DNA from: Antechinus flavipes | Taxonomy: Eukaryota | NCBI RefSeq assembly: GCF_016432865.1 | Contig: NC_067400.1 | Coordinates: 624,402,001-624,466,000 of the forward strand | Length of the DNA stretch: 64,000 nt | Reading direction: 5' to 3' | Shown here: positions 44,856-56,329 of the stretch, piece after piece | Layout: every line of letters begins with the position of its first letter | How positions within the stretch are numbered: the first letter of the stretch is position 1 | Program-made: the position numbers and the translations under genes | Notes under the pieces: generated by a model | What the model was told of the DNA's origin: nothing | What the model saw: only the letters and a program-made list of their open reading frames with translations | The model's database searches: none

Positions 44856-47800
44856 ATGTCTCAGGACAGTGACCTGTGGAGGAAGGATTCGTGAGTTACG
44901 CCTTTTTCTGCTGAGGGGGTGGGGTGGAGTCTGGGTGCCTGTGCATTTGGGGGCTGCAGGAAGCTAGGGAGTAGGCTAGAGAAAGGCAAGCTTGGGGGAA
45001 GGGACACTTGGACTCCTGGGTCTCCAGAGGGCAGAGGTCAGAGTTCTCCTCTTTGTCACCTCACAGAAGATCTGCTTTGGGAGGGGTGCCGCCCACAGAT
45101 TGGGGGAGCCCAGGACCGGCCCCAGGCCCGTGTATCTCTCTCCTCAGGAGTCTGGGCGACGAGCTGGCCGCTGTGAGGCAGCAGAAGCTAGAACAGCAGG
45201 TACTGGGTCCCCTCCCGTTATCCCCTTACCCCCTTTCCCGCCAAAGCCGTGCCCCTGCCCACTGTGTGACTTCCGAGTGCTCACTCCGCCTCTCGGGGCC
45301 TCGGCCTTTCCCTCGGTGAAGCGGGACAGACAGGGCGGGAGTCTTGGGGCTAGAGCATCTCTAAGCGCTCTGAGGGCCTCCCTCAGCGGCGCTTGTTTGA
45401 GAAGAAGCAGCGGCGCAAGCGCCAGGAGCCACTGATGGTCCAGGCCAATCCCGACGCTTCCCTACGGCCTCGGAGGCCCCGACGGCGAGAGGAGCGAGGC
45501 CCCGGGGAGAGTGGTGAGGGCTAGCTCAGGGAGACTAGAGGGTGGCCTGCTGGGCGTGGCGCTCCCACGCGCGGCCTGTGGCAGACCCGCCGTCGTCCCT
45601 CAGGCCCGGTGAACCCTTATCTCCTGGAGAACGTGCCAGAGGCGCATCTGCGAGCTGGTACCCACAGCATTCAGGGCAGCGTTAACTGTGGCGGAGACTG
45701 TGGGAGCGAGCGCACCTCTCGACAGGCCTTAGGAGGGGCTGGTAAACCCCGCTCCTCTGACCCCCCCCCAGGCCTGCCCTGACTCCCGGGCCCCAGGCCC
45801 CTCCGCCCCTTTTCAGCCCTTCTGACTCCCTCTCCGTCCCCCCCCCCCCACGCCCCGGGGAGCCCAGCCTGCCCCGCTCCCCCCCCTCCCCTGCCTCCTC
45901 CGGGCCCACATGCCCCTGTCCTCTCAGTACCCTGGTCTCCCCTTCCCGTGGTCCCCACCAGCCAGCGATCCCGGCCTCCCGACCGCCAGCCCTCAGCTCG
46001 CTCTCTCTGTGCCCACAGAGAGCTCGGACCCAGAGCTAGAGGAGGTCTCGGTGGAGGACAGCCCGATCTCTCCGCCTCCCAGCAAGGATATGCCTGGGAC
46101 CCGACGCCGGGGATGGCCGGCTCGGCAGAGGCCAGGTGAGAAGGGGCTTCGGGTCAGAGCCGGCCGGAAGCCGCCCCCGGTTCCCCCTCATTCCCGCTCC
46201 GCCTCCGCCTCCTCAGGGAGAGGAGAGGCTCCCCAGGAGCACAGCCCAGCGAAGACGCCGGTGCCCACGGCGGAGGAAGAGACTGCGAAGTTGCCGGAGG
46301 AGATGGGAGCCGGTGAGAGGATCCCCCACCCCCACCCCGGGCCCCGCCTTAAGGGCCGCTCCGGGCCCGGCCGTGACCCCTCTCTCTCCCGCGCAGAGCC
46401 AGAGAGCCCTGCGGCGCCCCAGCCGGCTGAGGAGGAAGTGGGCGAGGCTCGCCCTGCCGAGAGCCAAGAATCCCAGAGCGACCTGGGGGATAAGAGTAAG
46501 TGCCCGGGTGTGCGCCCGGGAGGGGGCGGGACCGGCCCCCGGAGCCTTTTCTAGTTTGCCAAACCCTTAGGGGAGGCCCAGAATTCGGGCGGGAGGGGGG
46601 ATCCTGGCGCGGAGGAGGGGGCCTGCCGGGACCCACGCCTCCCCCGNNNNNNNNNNNNNNNNNNNNNNNNNNNNNNNNNNNNNNNNNNNNNNNNNNNNNN
46701 NNNNNNNNNNNNNNNNNNNNNNNNNNNNNNNNNNNNNNNNNNNNNNNNNNNNNNNNNNNNNNNNNNNNNNNNNNNNNNNNNNNNNNNNNNNNNNNNNNNN
46801 GCGAGACTTCGGACGTGGGACCGGAACAGGGCTCGCAGCGAGGCCAAGACCACGGAGACTCTGTGTCCAGCAAGGTCAGCGCCGCGCTGAAAAGGGGCCA
46901 ATCAGAGCTCGGCATGTGCTCGGAGGGGCGGGCCTGAGCGGAAGGAAGCGCCAGTTAGGGCGCGGAACCGGCAGGCTGGGCGGGGCGCTGGCCCTGCGGG
47001 CCCGAATCGGGATGCGGAGCGCCAGTTAGGAGGCGGGGCCGCGGCGGGAGTGTCTCGGCGCGCCCAGAGTCCCGGCCTGTTTTTCCCGGGGAGAGCGGGG
47101 CGGTCCGGCCCCCGAATCCAAAGAGCCGGATGGAGGCCCCGTTCCGGCGTCGTGTGCCCGCGCTCCCTTACGGAAGTAGCGCACGCGGAGGCTGGGAGGG
47201 AGGCTGCGCGAGTCCCGGGGTGGCCCCGGAGCGGGAGGGAGACTAGGCAGATCCCCGCGCCCAGAGGGAGGGCGGGCCGCTCACCCCCGGCCCACCACAC
47301 AGGATGAGGACGAAGAAGAGACGGCCGAGAGGGTGGCCACCGTGGCGCAGGACTCTGCCCCGGGCGGCGGGGTCGGAGCGGAGGCCGGGGACATCGGGAA
47401 GGTGTCGCACTCGTCGCCGCGCGCCCCAGGCCCGCAACCTGGCGAGGACATGGAAGCCTACGTGCTGAGACCAGCTCCTCGCACCTGGACGGTGCAGTGC
47501 AGGATCACGCGAGACAAGCGGGGCATGGACAAGGGCATCTTTCCCTTCTACTACCTTTACCAGGAGGAGCCCGAGGGCAAGAAGGTGTGCCTCGGCCGGC
47601 CTGTGCTCTGGACCCAGGAGTCCCTCTCCCCCAGGCCCGGGATCACAGAGTTCCACCTCCCATTCCCAAACGAGCCTCCTCCTGAAACTGTGGCCCCAGA
47701 GGCCTCCCTCCCCAAGGACCCAGGAGCTCCAGCTCCCAATTTCAGAACCTTTGCTTGGTAACGAGACTTTGCAGGCTCCGATCCCTTGGACCCAGGAGGC

Positions 47801-49713
47801 TCTAGCCTCATGTTCAAAAGACTCCAGTTCCCCGAAGCCTCCAAGTCCGAGCCCAATGCCCGCACCCTGAAACCCCAGTTTCTGTGCTTCAGAATACCAG
47901 ACTGCCCCCGGCCTGTGAACTTCCCCCATTCCTAGCACCCCAGCGTGCCCTTCCCTCCCCTGACCCAGACTTCCATGTGGTCCTGTAGGACTAGAGACTT
48001 TGAGGTTGACCTGTGCTGCTCCTACTTTTGAACCCCAGATTAGCTTCCCTAAAGCCCTGGCCCCCTCCCCACTGTGAGAGACACTCAACGGCCCAGAAGG
48101 AGCTTCCCACCCGCCTGTGGAGGGTGGCAGGGAGATCCTAAGATAGGTAACCGGGGACCTCCATCCCACCCCACTCCTAGCATTTTCTCCTCGCTGGACG
48201 CAAGAGGAAGCGGAGCAAGACTTCCAACTACCTCATTTCCCTGGACCCCACCGACCTGTCTCGAGATGGGGACAACTTTGTGGGCAAAGTCAGGTGGGGC
48301 AGAGGCTGAAGGGATCCTTGGGTCTGGAAGGGCATGAGGGCTGGAGGAAGGGGATACCTGGGTTAGGAGGGATCCACGAAGGCCCCAAAGGGCTGCCTGA
48401 ACTCCCGAGGTATTTTCCTGCCGGCAGGTCTAACGTCCTGGGCACCAAATTCACCATCTTCGACAACGGGGTGAACCCAGATCGGAAAACCTTCATGCTG
48501 GAGTCCACCCGGATCCGAGAAGAGCTGGGGGCTGTGTGCTATGTGAGAGCTGGTTTGACAAGGGGGAGGAGGCGGAAGGAGGAGGAGGAGCTGGCGAGGG
48601 ACAAACTCTGGGTCTTCTTGCAGGAGACCAACGTTTTGGGATTCCGGGGACCACGAAAGATGACAATCATTATCCCAGGCATCGACCCCCAGAACCAAAG
48701 GCTCAAGGTTCAGCCCCAAAATGTGAGTCAGCCCGGAAGGGGGAAGACACTCCTGGGTCCCTGAGGTTGGGCCCCTAGGTGGAAGCGGGACCAAACACGG
48801 GCCCCAAGAGCAAGCCCGGATAACCAGGCAGCGGCAGCGGGTCCCGAAGCCGGTACATGGGTCTACTCTTTGTCCAGGAGCAGGAAACCCTTCTGAGTCG
48901 CCTTCAGCGAGGGGCCAACCAAGGGCTGGTCCTCCTGCAGAACAAGGCGCCATCTTGGAGTGACGAGAGTGGCGCCTACGTCCTCAACTTCCACGGGCGG
49001 GTCACTAGGGCCTCCGTCAAAAACTTCCAGATTGTGCACCCCGAAGACCGTGAGCCGGGGCAGGGCCCCGGGCAGGGTGGGGTGGGAGAGCCAGGGCGGG
49101 GCCGCCAGAGAGGAGGCTTTGGGGCCCTTCTGGGGCGCCAAGAAGGTGTAGACAGGATAAATTGGAGATGGGGAACGGGGAAAGGCTTTTTGCAAAAGGG
49201 GGAGATTGAGCTAGGACTCGCAGGGAGCCAGGGAAGCCAGGAGGGGAACGGGGAGACACTAAGACCCCCGGAGGCAGAGGCTTTTTTGCTGAGCCCTGGC
49301 GGCCAGATCTTTCCCGATCAGGGAGGGGCCCAGGAGCTCAGCTCCCAGAGGGGGGTCTCTCAGGCACCGCCTCCACTTCCCTGACTCCACCCCCAGGATT
49401 AGGAACCGCCTTCCCTCCCATATCTTGGGTAGGGATGGGGATGGACTACAGCTCCCAGAAGTCCTGGCGGCAGAGCCCTTGCCAGGCGCCCAGGCGGCCC
49501 CGAGTTCTATTGGACGTTGTAGTCCCTCTGGCCGGTATAGAGCCCGCGGGTCTCCGTAACCGCCGTTTCTCTCCTCCAGCTGACTACCTGGTGCTGCAGT
49601 TCGGCCGCGTAGCCCCGGACATGTTCACCATGGATTTTCGATTCCCCCTTTGCCCCCTTCAGGCCTTCGCCATCTGCCTGTCCAGCTTCGATGGGAAGCT
49701 GGCGTGTGAGTGA
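44856..49713 (+). CDS. TULP2: Tubby-like protein 2
   Basis: Exons 44856-44890, 45148-45199, 45387-45513, 45604-45741, 46019-46135, 46217-46312, 46397-46495, (gap)-46874, 47303-47584, 48181-48293, 48428-48542, 48624-48722, 48878-49049, 49580-49713 with consistent phases. IFT-A-binding N-terminus ([15 protein letters not shown]) and tubby domain ([41 protein letters not shown]). One exon start is hidden in the gap. Confidence 0.93.
46647..46800. other. Assembly gap (N run) inside TULP2
   Basis: Ns in the sequence. Confidence 1.
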
Positions 49714-49750
49714 CGCCCCCCACCCCCCGGCCCACACGGGGCTGGCCCCC

Positions 49751-49756
49751 AATAAA
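49751..49756 (+). terminator. TULP2: TULP2 polyadenylation signal
   Basis: AATAAA 37 nt after the stop codon. Confidence 0.8.
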
Positions 49757-50499
49757 GTACTAATTTCCCCTTCCCAACGTGTTCTCCGCCTGTTCTTCCC
49801 GGCCCCGGCCCTCCCACCCATTCCGAGCCGAGGGAAAAAACGGAACTACAACTCCCATGAGGCCTCGGGCCAAGTGCGCTCCTGAGAAAGACTCAGGTCA
49901 ATGGCTGCCATTTGGCAGTTGTAGCTCTGTCTCCTTCCAGCCCTGGGGCCCCTCTTTGGACAGGCCAGGCGGGGGAGGTGACTCGCTCAAGGAGGCAGAG
50001 CCGGGGTCGGTAGCCCAAGCCGCCTTGGGTTGCAGGTGGGGGCGGGGCAGCGGGGCGGGAAAGGCCGAGGGTCCCAGCGAGAGACCAAAGCCAAAAAGTC
50101 AGAGTGAGAAACTGAGGCTGGCGTGGAGGTGATGCCGGCCACCTGCGCTGCGGACCCCTCCCCACGATCCAAGCCCCCCTCGCCCCTCCCAAACCCTAAC
50201 CCAGAACACTGTCGGGGACTAACCCAGCAAGGTCCTGAGACAGACAGAGCGCCCGAGGGGCCAGAGAGACACAGAGGGAGACGCTGACAGGGCGGCGGGG
50301 ACCCCCGGGGCTGGGACGGACAGAAGCCAGGGATCCCGGCGCCCACCTACGCTCCGGCCCGAGGCAGATGCAGAGAAATCCCCAGAGGCTCGGCGCCTGG
50401 AGCGGGGGAAGGGAGCCACAGCTCACAGACTGGCGGGGAGCCCAGACAAGCCTCTCAGCCTCATTTCCCAAGATAGAGTCGGGGTCCTTTCCAGCTCTG

Positions 50500-50600
50500 G
50501 GCCTAGGAATATAGGGGAAAGTCACTTAACTTCTCCCAGCCTCAGTTTCCCCATCTGCAAACAGGATGGACCCCGAGGTCTCATCTTGCCGCCCGGGCTT
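50500..50600 (+). mobile_element. MIR/CORE-SINE fragment
   Basis: AAGTCACTTAACTTCTCCCAGCCTCAGTTTCCCCATCTGCAAA core motif. Confidence 0.75.
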
Positions 50601-52439
50601 GTTTCCACATTAGGGCACAGCTCGCCCCCCACCATAAGCACATCAGCTCCTAGACGGTCTTGAAGTCGGACCCCCTGAGGTCACTGCAAATGGGGCACCC
50701 CCCAGTCCCCCCCAGCCCCTAGTCTCCACGCACGACTTGGTGCTCACTACTGAATGGCCCTGGGACCAGGAAAGCATCCCCCCCAAGCCCGAGTTTCTCA
50801 GTCGGCCCGGCTTGCAAGCCCACGTTTGCCGCCCTGTCCCTTCCCTTCCCCGAGTCTCCCCAAACCTACTCTCTGTTCCACTATAAGGCAGCTCTCCCAG
50901 CTGACTGTGCCGCCCACGGAGGGAGCCTCGCCCGCTGCTCGGGTGAGAGTCCAGGCTTCGAACGCCCACCCTCTTCCCAGGCTGGCTCTGCTGGGGCGCT
51001 CAGACAAGACCCTCAGGCTTGAGATCAGAGAGGAGGGTAGTGGGAGAACCTGGAAGCTGGCAGTCAACTTCTCCCCCCCCCAGGGGGCATTGACTTCGGC
51101 TCTTGGGCTGTGCCAAGCCCTGGGCTAAGCAGTGGAGAGTTTGCCAGCTCCAACCAGCGGCCGGGTCCCTTGCCAGGCTGCCTCGGGCAAGCCCCCGGAC
51201 CCGTGCCCAGGAGTTTGTGCCTCCGGGCGGGAAGCAAGGGCGAGACTCCCTAGGCCATCCTGTCTGTCACCGCGGACAGCTGCCGCCTTGGTCTCCCGCC
51301 TCTGTAGCAACTCCGGCTCCCACTTCCCTCATGGGACGGCAAGAGCCAAAAAACGGAGAAGCGGCGGCACAAAGGGCAGCCCCGCAGGCCCCGCCCCGAT
51401 GGTCCTCGCGCCTCGACTCCCCTTCGTGGCCCTACATCCTGAATCCAACAAGGGGAAGTTCTGCTCTGAGAGTGGCTGCTGGGGGCAGGGGAGCAGGAAA
51501 AAAGGCACTCGGGCAGGGGAGAGGAGGGTCCTCCGGCCCGGCTTTTTATGAGGGAAAAAGGAAGAGTCCGGCACAGCGACAGCATTTTAGGGACCCAAAA
51601 GCTGAGATTTCAGAGAGAGGGGCGGGTGGTGTCCAGGGGAGTAAGCCGCAGTGGATTCTCCCAAGGAGCACAGGAGATGCTCAGGAGAAAATCCTGAAGC
51701 TGCAGAGGAAGGAAGAAGGGCGGGTGGTTGGGGATGGTCAGAGTCACCACGTGCTGATGAAACCCATCGCCCCACTTAGTTGGATGTGACCACAGGTGGT
51801 TCCCCCCAAAAGCATGGAGGCCCCGAGCCTGCTGCGAGGGCTGGGGGAGCAGACGGTGAGATTGGGAGGGACGACCTAGAGCCTCCCGGGTCCTGTCCGG
51901 GGCACTGCCAGGCTCATCTCCCGTTGCCCATCACCCGCTGCCCCTGCCAGTGCTTCTCCCTCCGCCGTCCATCCTCGGACCATCATTCCAGAGCCCGTCT
52001 GTTCGTCCAAGGCAGTAGCCGCCCAAGGGATCAGTGCAGCTTCCAAGCTCTCGGTCCGGTTCTCTTCCCGACCCAATATGACATCCCCTACGGACAGACC
52101 TGCTCAAGAACCCACACACACACTCCCCTGTGCCCAGAATCAAATCTGAACTCTTTGACATTCGAGGTCTTCTGAAACAGCTTCCCATAATTGGGTGAGT
52201 GAACTCGGCAAGAGCCTGGCCCCTCGTAGCAAAGAGGGAAGGAACCATCGGCAGCTCCCGGCTCTGGGGAGACCCCGGCAGGCAGACCCTGAGCGATTCC
52301 ACCCACTGATTAATACTGGTGAGAACAGAGTTCCCAAGTGAATGACTTCGCATGTGGGACGCACACAGCTGCTGCTCCACTCCCATGGGAGACCCTGACA
52401 ATAATCAGGAGGCCTCCCTGGAGTCAGGAAGCCCCGAGT

Positions 52440-53465
52440 GCAAATCCAACCGCAGCAACTCATAGTTGTGTGGCCCTGAACAATGTAGTTCATCTGTCCG
52501 CCTCAGTTTCTTTAATTAGAAAATGGCAAAAATGGCCAGAACAACCCCCCCCAGTTCCACTGGCGGACCAGAAGGTGCTCCAAGAAGGGGATCCCTGGGC
52601 AGGCTCAGTCAGCCCACCAGGGAGGGCAATGAGCTTCTATTGGCAGCTTGGGAGATCAGGAGATCAGTATCCACGGCAACAGCAAGATTATATGGTGATC
52701 AGTTCTGATGGACCAAGCTCTCTTCCATGACAAGAATTCAGGCCAGTCCCAATGACCTTGGCATGGGGAGAACCATGTGCCCCAGAGAAAGGACCGAGTG
52801 TGGACCACGACACAGCGTTCTCACGCTTTTTGTTGTTTGCTTGCATTTTGTTTTCTTACTCATTTTTGGTTTGATTTGATTTTTCTTACACAGCAAGATA
52901 ATTATACAAATATGTATTGATATATTGGATTTAATATAGATTTCTACATGTTTAACATATACTGGATTACTTGCCATATCAGGAACGGGGGGAGAAGAGG
53001 GGGAGACTGGAATACAAGGTTTTGCAAGGGCTAATGTTGCAGGATTGTCCACACACGTGTTTTGAAAAATAAAAAGTTTTAATAAAATAGCTTTTTATTT
53101 TTCAAAAAGATTGTTTTCAAATGCACCCTTGTAAAACCTTGTGTTTCAAATTTTTCTCCCTCCCTTCCCACCTCCCCCATCCCCTAGACAGCAGCTAATC
53201 CAATATAAGTTAAACCTGAGCAATTCTTCCAAACAGTTTTCTTCTTGTTAGTAAAGAAGGGAAGGTAATACACATTTATTAAACACCTGATGTATGCCGG
53301 ACACTGTGCTTTACAAATATCACTTTGTGATTAGGCCAGTTCCAATGATCTTGTGAAGAGAGCCATCTATACCCAGAGAGGACTGTGGGAACCACAACAC
53401 TGCATTCTCACTCTTTTTGTTGTTTTGCTTGTTTTTTTATTTTCCTTTTTGATCAGATTCTTCTT
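52440..53465. mobile_element. Cluster of a MIR core and old L1 3' UTR fragments in both orientations
   Basis: GCCTCAGTTTCTTTAATTAGAAAATGG near 52500; L1 3' UTR-like sequence about 52620-53090 (+), about 53090-53240 (-) and about 53330-53465 (+). Confidence 0.7.
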
Positions 53466-54166
53466 TTTTTTTGATCCCTTGTTAGAAGATTTTTTAAAAT
53501 AACTTTTTATTGACAGAACCCATGCCAGGGTAATTTTTTACAACATTATCCCTTGCACTCACTTCTGTTCCGATTTTTCCCCTCCCTCCCACCCCCCCCT
53601 CTCCTCAGATGGCAAGCAGTCCTATACATGTTAAATATGTTGCAGTATATCCTAGATACGATGTATGTGTGCAGAACCGAACAGTTTTCTTCTTGCACAG
53701 GAAGAGTTGGATTCAGAAGGTATAAATAACCTGGGAAGAAAAACAAAAATGCAAGCAGTTTATATTCATTTCCCAGTGTTCTTTCTTTGGGTGTAGCTGC
53801 TTCTGTCCATCCTTGATCCATTGAAACTGAATTAGCTCTCTTTATCGAAGAGATCCACTTCCATCAGAATACATCCTCAAACAATATCGTTGTTGAGGTA
53901 CATAATGATCTCCTGGTTCTGCTCATTTCACATGAACTTTAGTTCATGTAAGTCTCGCCAGTCCTCTGTATTCATCCTGCTGGTCATTCCTTACAGAACA
54001 ATAATATTCCATAACATTCATATACCACAATTTACCCAGCCATTCTCCAATGGATGGGCATCCATTCATTTTCCAGTTTCTAGCCACTACAAACAGGGCT
54101 GCCACAAACATTTTGGCACATACAGGCCCCTTTCCCTTCTTTAGTATCTCTTTGGGGTATAAGACC
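53466..54166 (-). mobile_element. Young 5'-truncated L1 (701 bp) with a 17-bp TSD, nested in an older L1 3' UTR
   Basis: TSD TTGATCAGATTCTTCTT at 53449-53465 and 54167-54183; 3' end of the same type as the L1 ending at 61.9 kb; the host L1 UTR resumes to about 54410. Confidence 0.92.
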
Positions 54167-54504
54167 TTGATCAGATTCTTCTTACACAGCATGATATTAT
54201 GGAACACACAGAATGACATTTGGAAATATGTATGTCTATATTGGATTTAACACCTATTTTTAACATGTATAACATATATTGGATTGTTTGCCATCTAGGG
54301 GAGGGATGGGGAGAAGGGGGAGAAAATCTGAAATAAAAGGCTGTGCAAGGGTCAGTATTTGAAAAATTATCCTTGCATATGTTTTGAAAGTAAAAAATTT
54401 CAATAAAAAAAATCATCTCATTTGAACTTCACAACAAACCTTTAAGGAAGGTGCTCTTCTAAACATCAAATGCTCTTCTTATTAGTTAAAAAGGGAAAGG
54501 AAGG

Positions 54505-54740
54505 CAATAAACATTTATTAAGTAACTGCTGTATGCCAGGCACTGGACTAAGATCTCATTTGATCTTCACAACAAATCTATAAGGAAGGGACTGTTATTA
54601 ACTCCATTTTACAAGTGAAGAAATTGAGGCAAACAGGTGAAGTGCCTTGCACAGGAACACATAGCTAGTGAGAGTCTAAGGCTGGGTTTCAATTCAGACC
54701 TCCTGATCTTGGCTAGTGTTCTGTAGCACACCCACCTGAC
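54505..54740 (-). mobile_element. MIR/Mar1-type SINE
   Basis: CATTTATTAAG..GTATGCCAGGCACT, CCATTTTACAAGTGAAGAAATTGAGGCA and ATAGCTAGTGAG. Confidence 0.75.
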
Positions 54741-54879
54741 CCCGGTGTCCTGGACATCAGTCAGTGTCACTCATTGAACCTGGTCACTTTGAAGCCTGGG
54801 CCACCTCTAGATCCTTGGATTGCCCAAGGAAAAGGGCAACAACTAAAATCTCTTCTGTGGGTTTACTGGGATGAGAAGG

Positions 54880-55490
54880 ATCCCATGGACCTTAGCCCCA
54901 AACCACAAGGCCGTGAATCCCATGGACTTTGGCCTCAAACCACAAGGCCGTGGATCTCATAGACCTTAGCCCCAAACCACAAGGCCGTGGATCCTGTGGA
55001 CCTTAGCCCCAAACTACAAGGCCATGGATTTCATAGACCTTAGACCAAAACCACAAGGCTGTGGATCCTGTGGAGTTTGCCATGTTAGCCTAAAACCACA
55101 AGGCCATAGATCCCGTGGACCTTAGCCCCAAACCACAAGGCTGTGGATCCCGTGGAGTTTGTCATATTAGCCTAAAACCATGAGGCCATGGATCCCATGG
55201 ACCTTAGACCAAAATCACAAGGTCATGTATCCCGTGGACCTTTGCCCCAAACCACAAGACTGTGGATCCCGTGGACCTTAGCCCCAAAGCACAAGGCCAT
55301 GGATCCTGTGGACCTTAGACCAAAATCACAAGGTCATGGATCCCGTGGACCTTTGCCCCAAACCACAAGACCGTGGCTCCCATGGACCTTAGACCAAAAC
55401 CACAAGGCCGTGGCTCCCATGGACCTTAGACCAAAACCATAAAGTCGTGGATCCCATGGACTTTAGCCCCAAAGCACAAGGCCGTGGCCC
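54880..55490. repeat. 37-bp minisatellite, about 16 units (two 45-bp variants)
   Basis: Unit approximately AAACCACAAGGCCGTGGATCCCGTGGACCTTAGCCCC; starts at about 54900, 54937, 54974, 55011, 55048, 55093, 55130, 55175, 55212 and onward to 55471. Confidence 0.95.
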
Positions 55491-56104
55491 AGAGGCCAGA
55501 AGCAGCCAGGACACTAATCTCTGGGCCAACCATCCCTCATGTCTCCCAAAGCCACCAAATGCCTTTTTGGGGCAGCTCTCCCAGCAGCCGCTCTACCCTT
55601 TTCTGCCCAAACCCGCTAAGGCGGCCTGGTCTTGACTGATACCATCATCTCCTCCTTCCAAGCTAGAAGCACCACGGGGGAAGATCTTCTCACTGTGATT
55701 CTCCCTGGAGAGGCGCTTGTCGCCAGGTGGCGCTGCAGGGGATGCAGGGGTGAGCGCCAATTCCCTCGGCCACTGGTGTCAGGGAAGGACAGGAAGGGGG
55801 CAGCTCCCATCTGGGCACGGGGCAAGCAGGCTTCCAAGGGCTGGTGGCAGCATCCGTAGAATCCCATGGACTGAGATGATACAGGAGAGTTGGATCAGGG
55901 CGGATGAAAGATGCTCCGGAGTTAGAGACTGAAGGGACAAAGGCAAATGATTCCAACAAGGAGAGGAAGTGGGATTTGTCTGAAGAGACTGACGTGGATG
56001 CACAGGGAACTCACCCACAAACTGGTTTTTTGTAACCTAGCATTCCATTTTCCCTAATTATATGTAAAAATTTATTTTAATATTCAGGGGGAGGGGCAAG
56101 GTCC

Positions 56105-56180
56105 AAATGTCAAGCATCTGACTCAGGTTCTCCTGACTTCAGATGCAGTGCTCTATTCACTGTGCCAACTAGCTGCCCCT
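56105..56180 (-). mobile_element. tRNA-derived marsupial SINE head fragment
   Basis: Minus strand GGGGCAGCTAGTTGGCACAGTGAATAGAGCACTGCATCTGAAGTCAGGAG. Confidence 0.7.
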
Positions 56181-56329
56181 GTTTGCTTGGTGTTTTTTTC
56201 AAATTTTGAGTTCCAAATTTCCTTCTCCCTTTTCTCCTCCCCCTCCTTTAACCCCCACTCCATTGAGAAGGCAAGAAATTTGACCTAAGTCCCACAAACC
56301 GATTTTAAAAAAAAATAAGCAGAAATGAT

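Noticed and set aside
45910-46018. Possible extra small TULP2 exon ([12 protein letters not shown])
   Set aside because: No GT donor before the next acceptor, and phases are already consistent without it.
50191-50202. AAACCCTAACCC telomere-like stretch
   Set aside because: Under two units with no reference allele to show an insertion; compatible with chance in C-rich DNA.
54774-55635. LKSLLWVYW and PPNAFLG resemble PPP1R15A repeat phrases (FLKAWVY, PPSAFLK)
   Set aside because: Wrong strand for synteny, very short matches, no PP1-binding motif and no continuous frame; probably chance.
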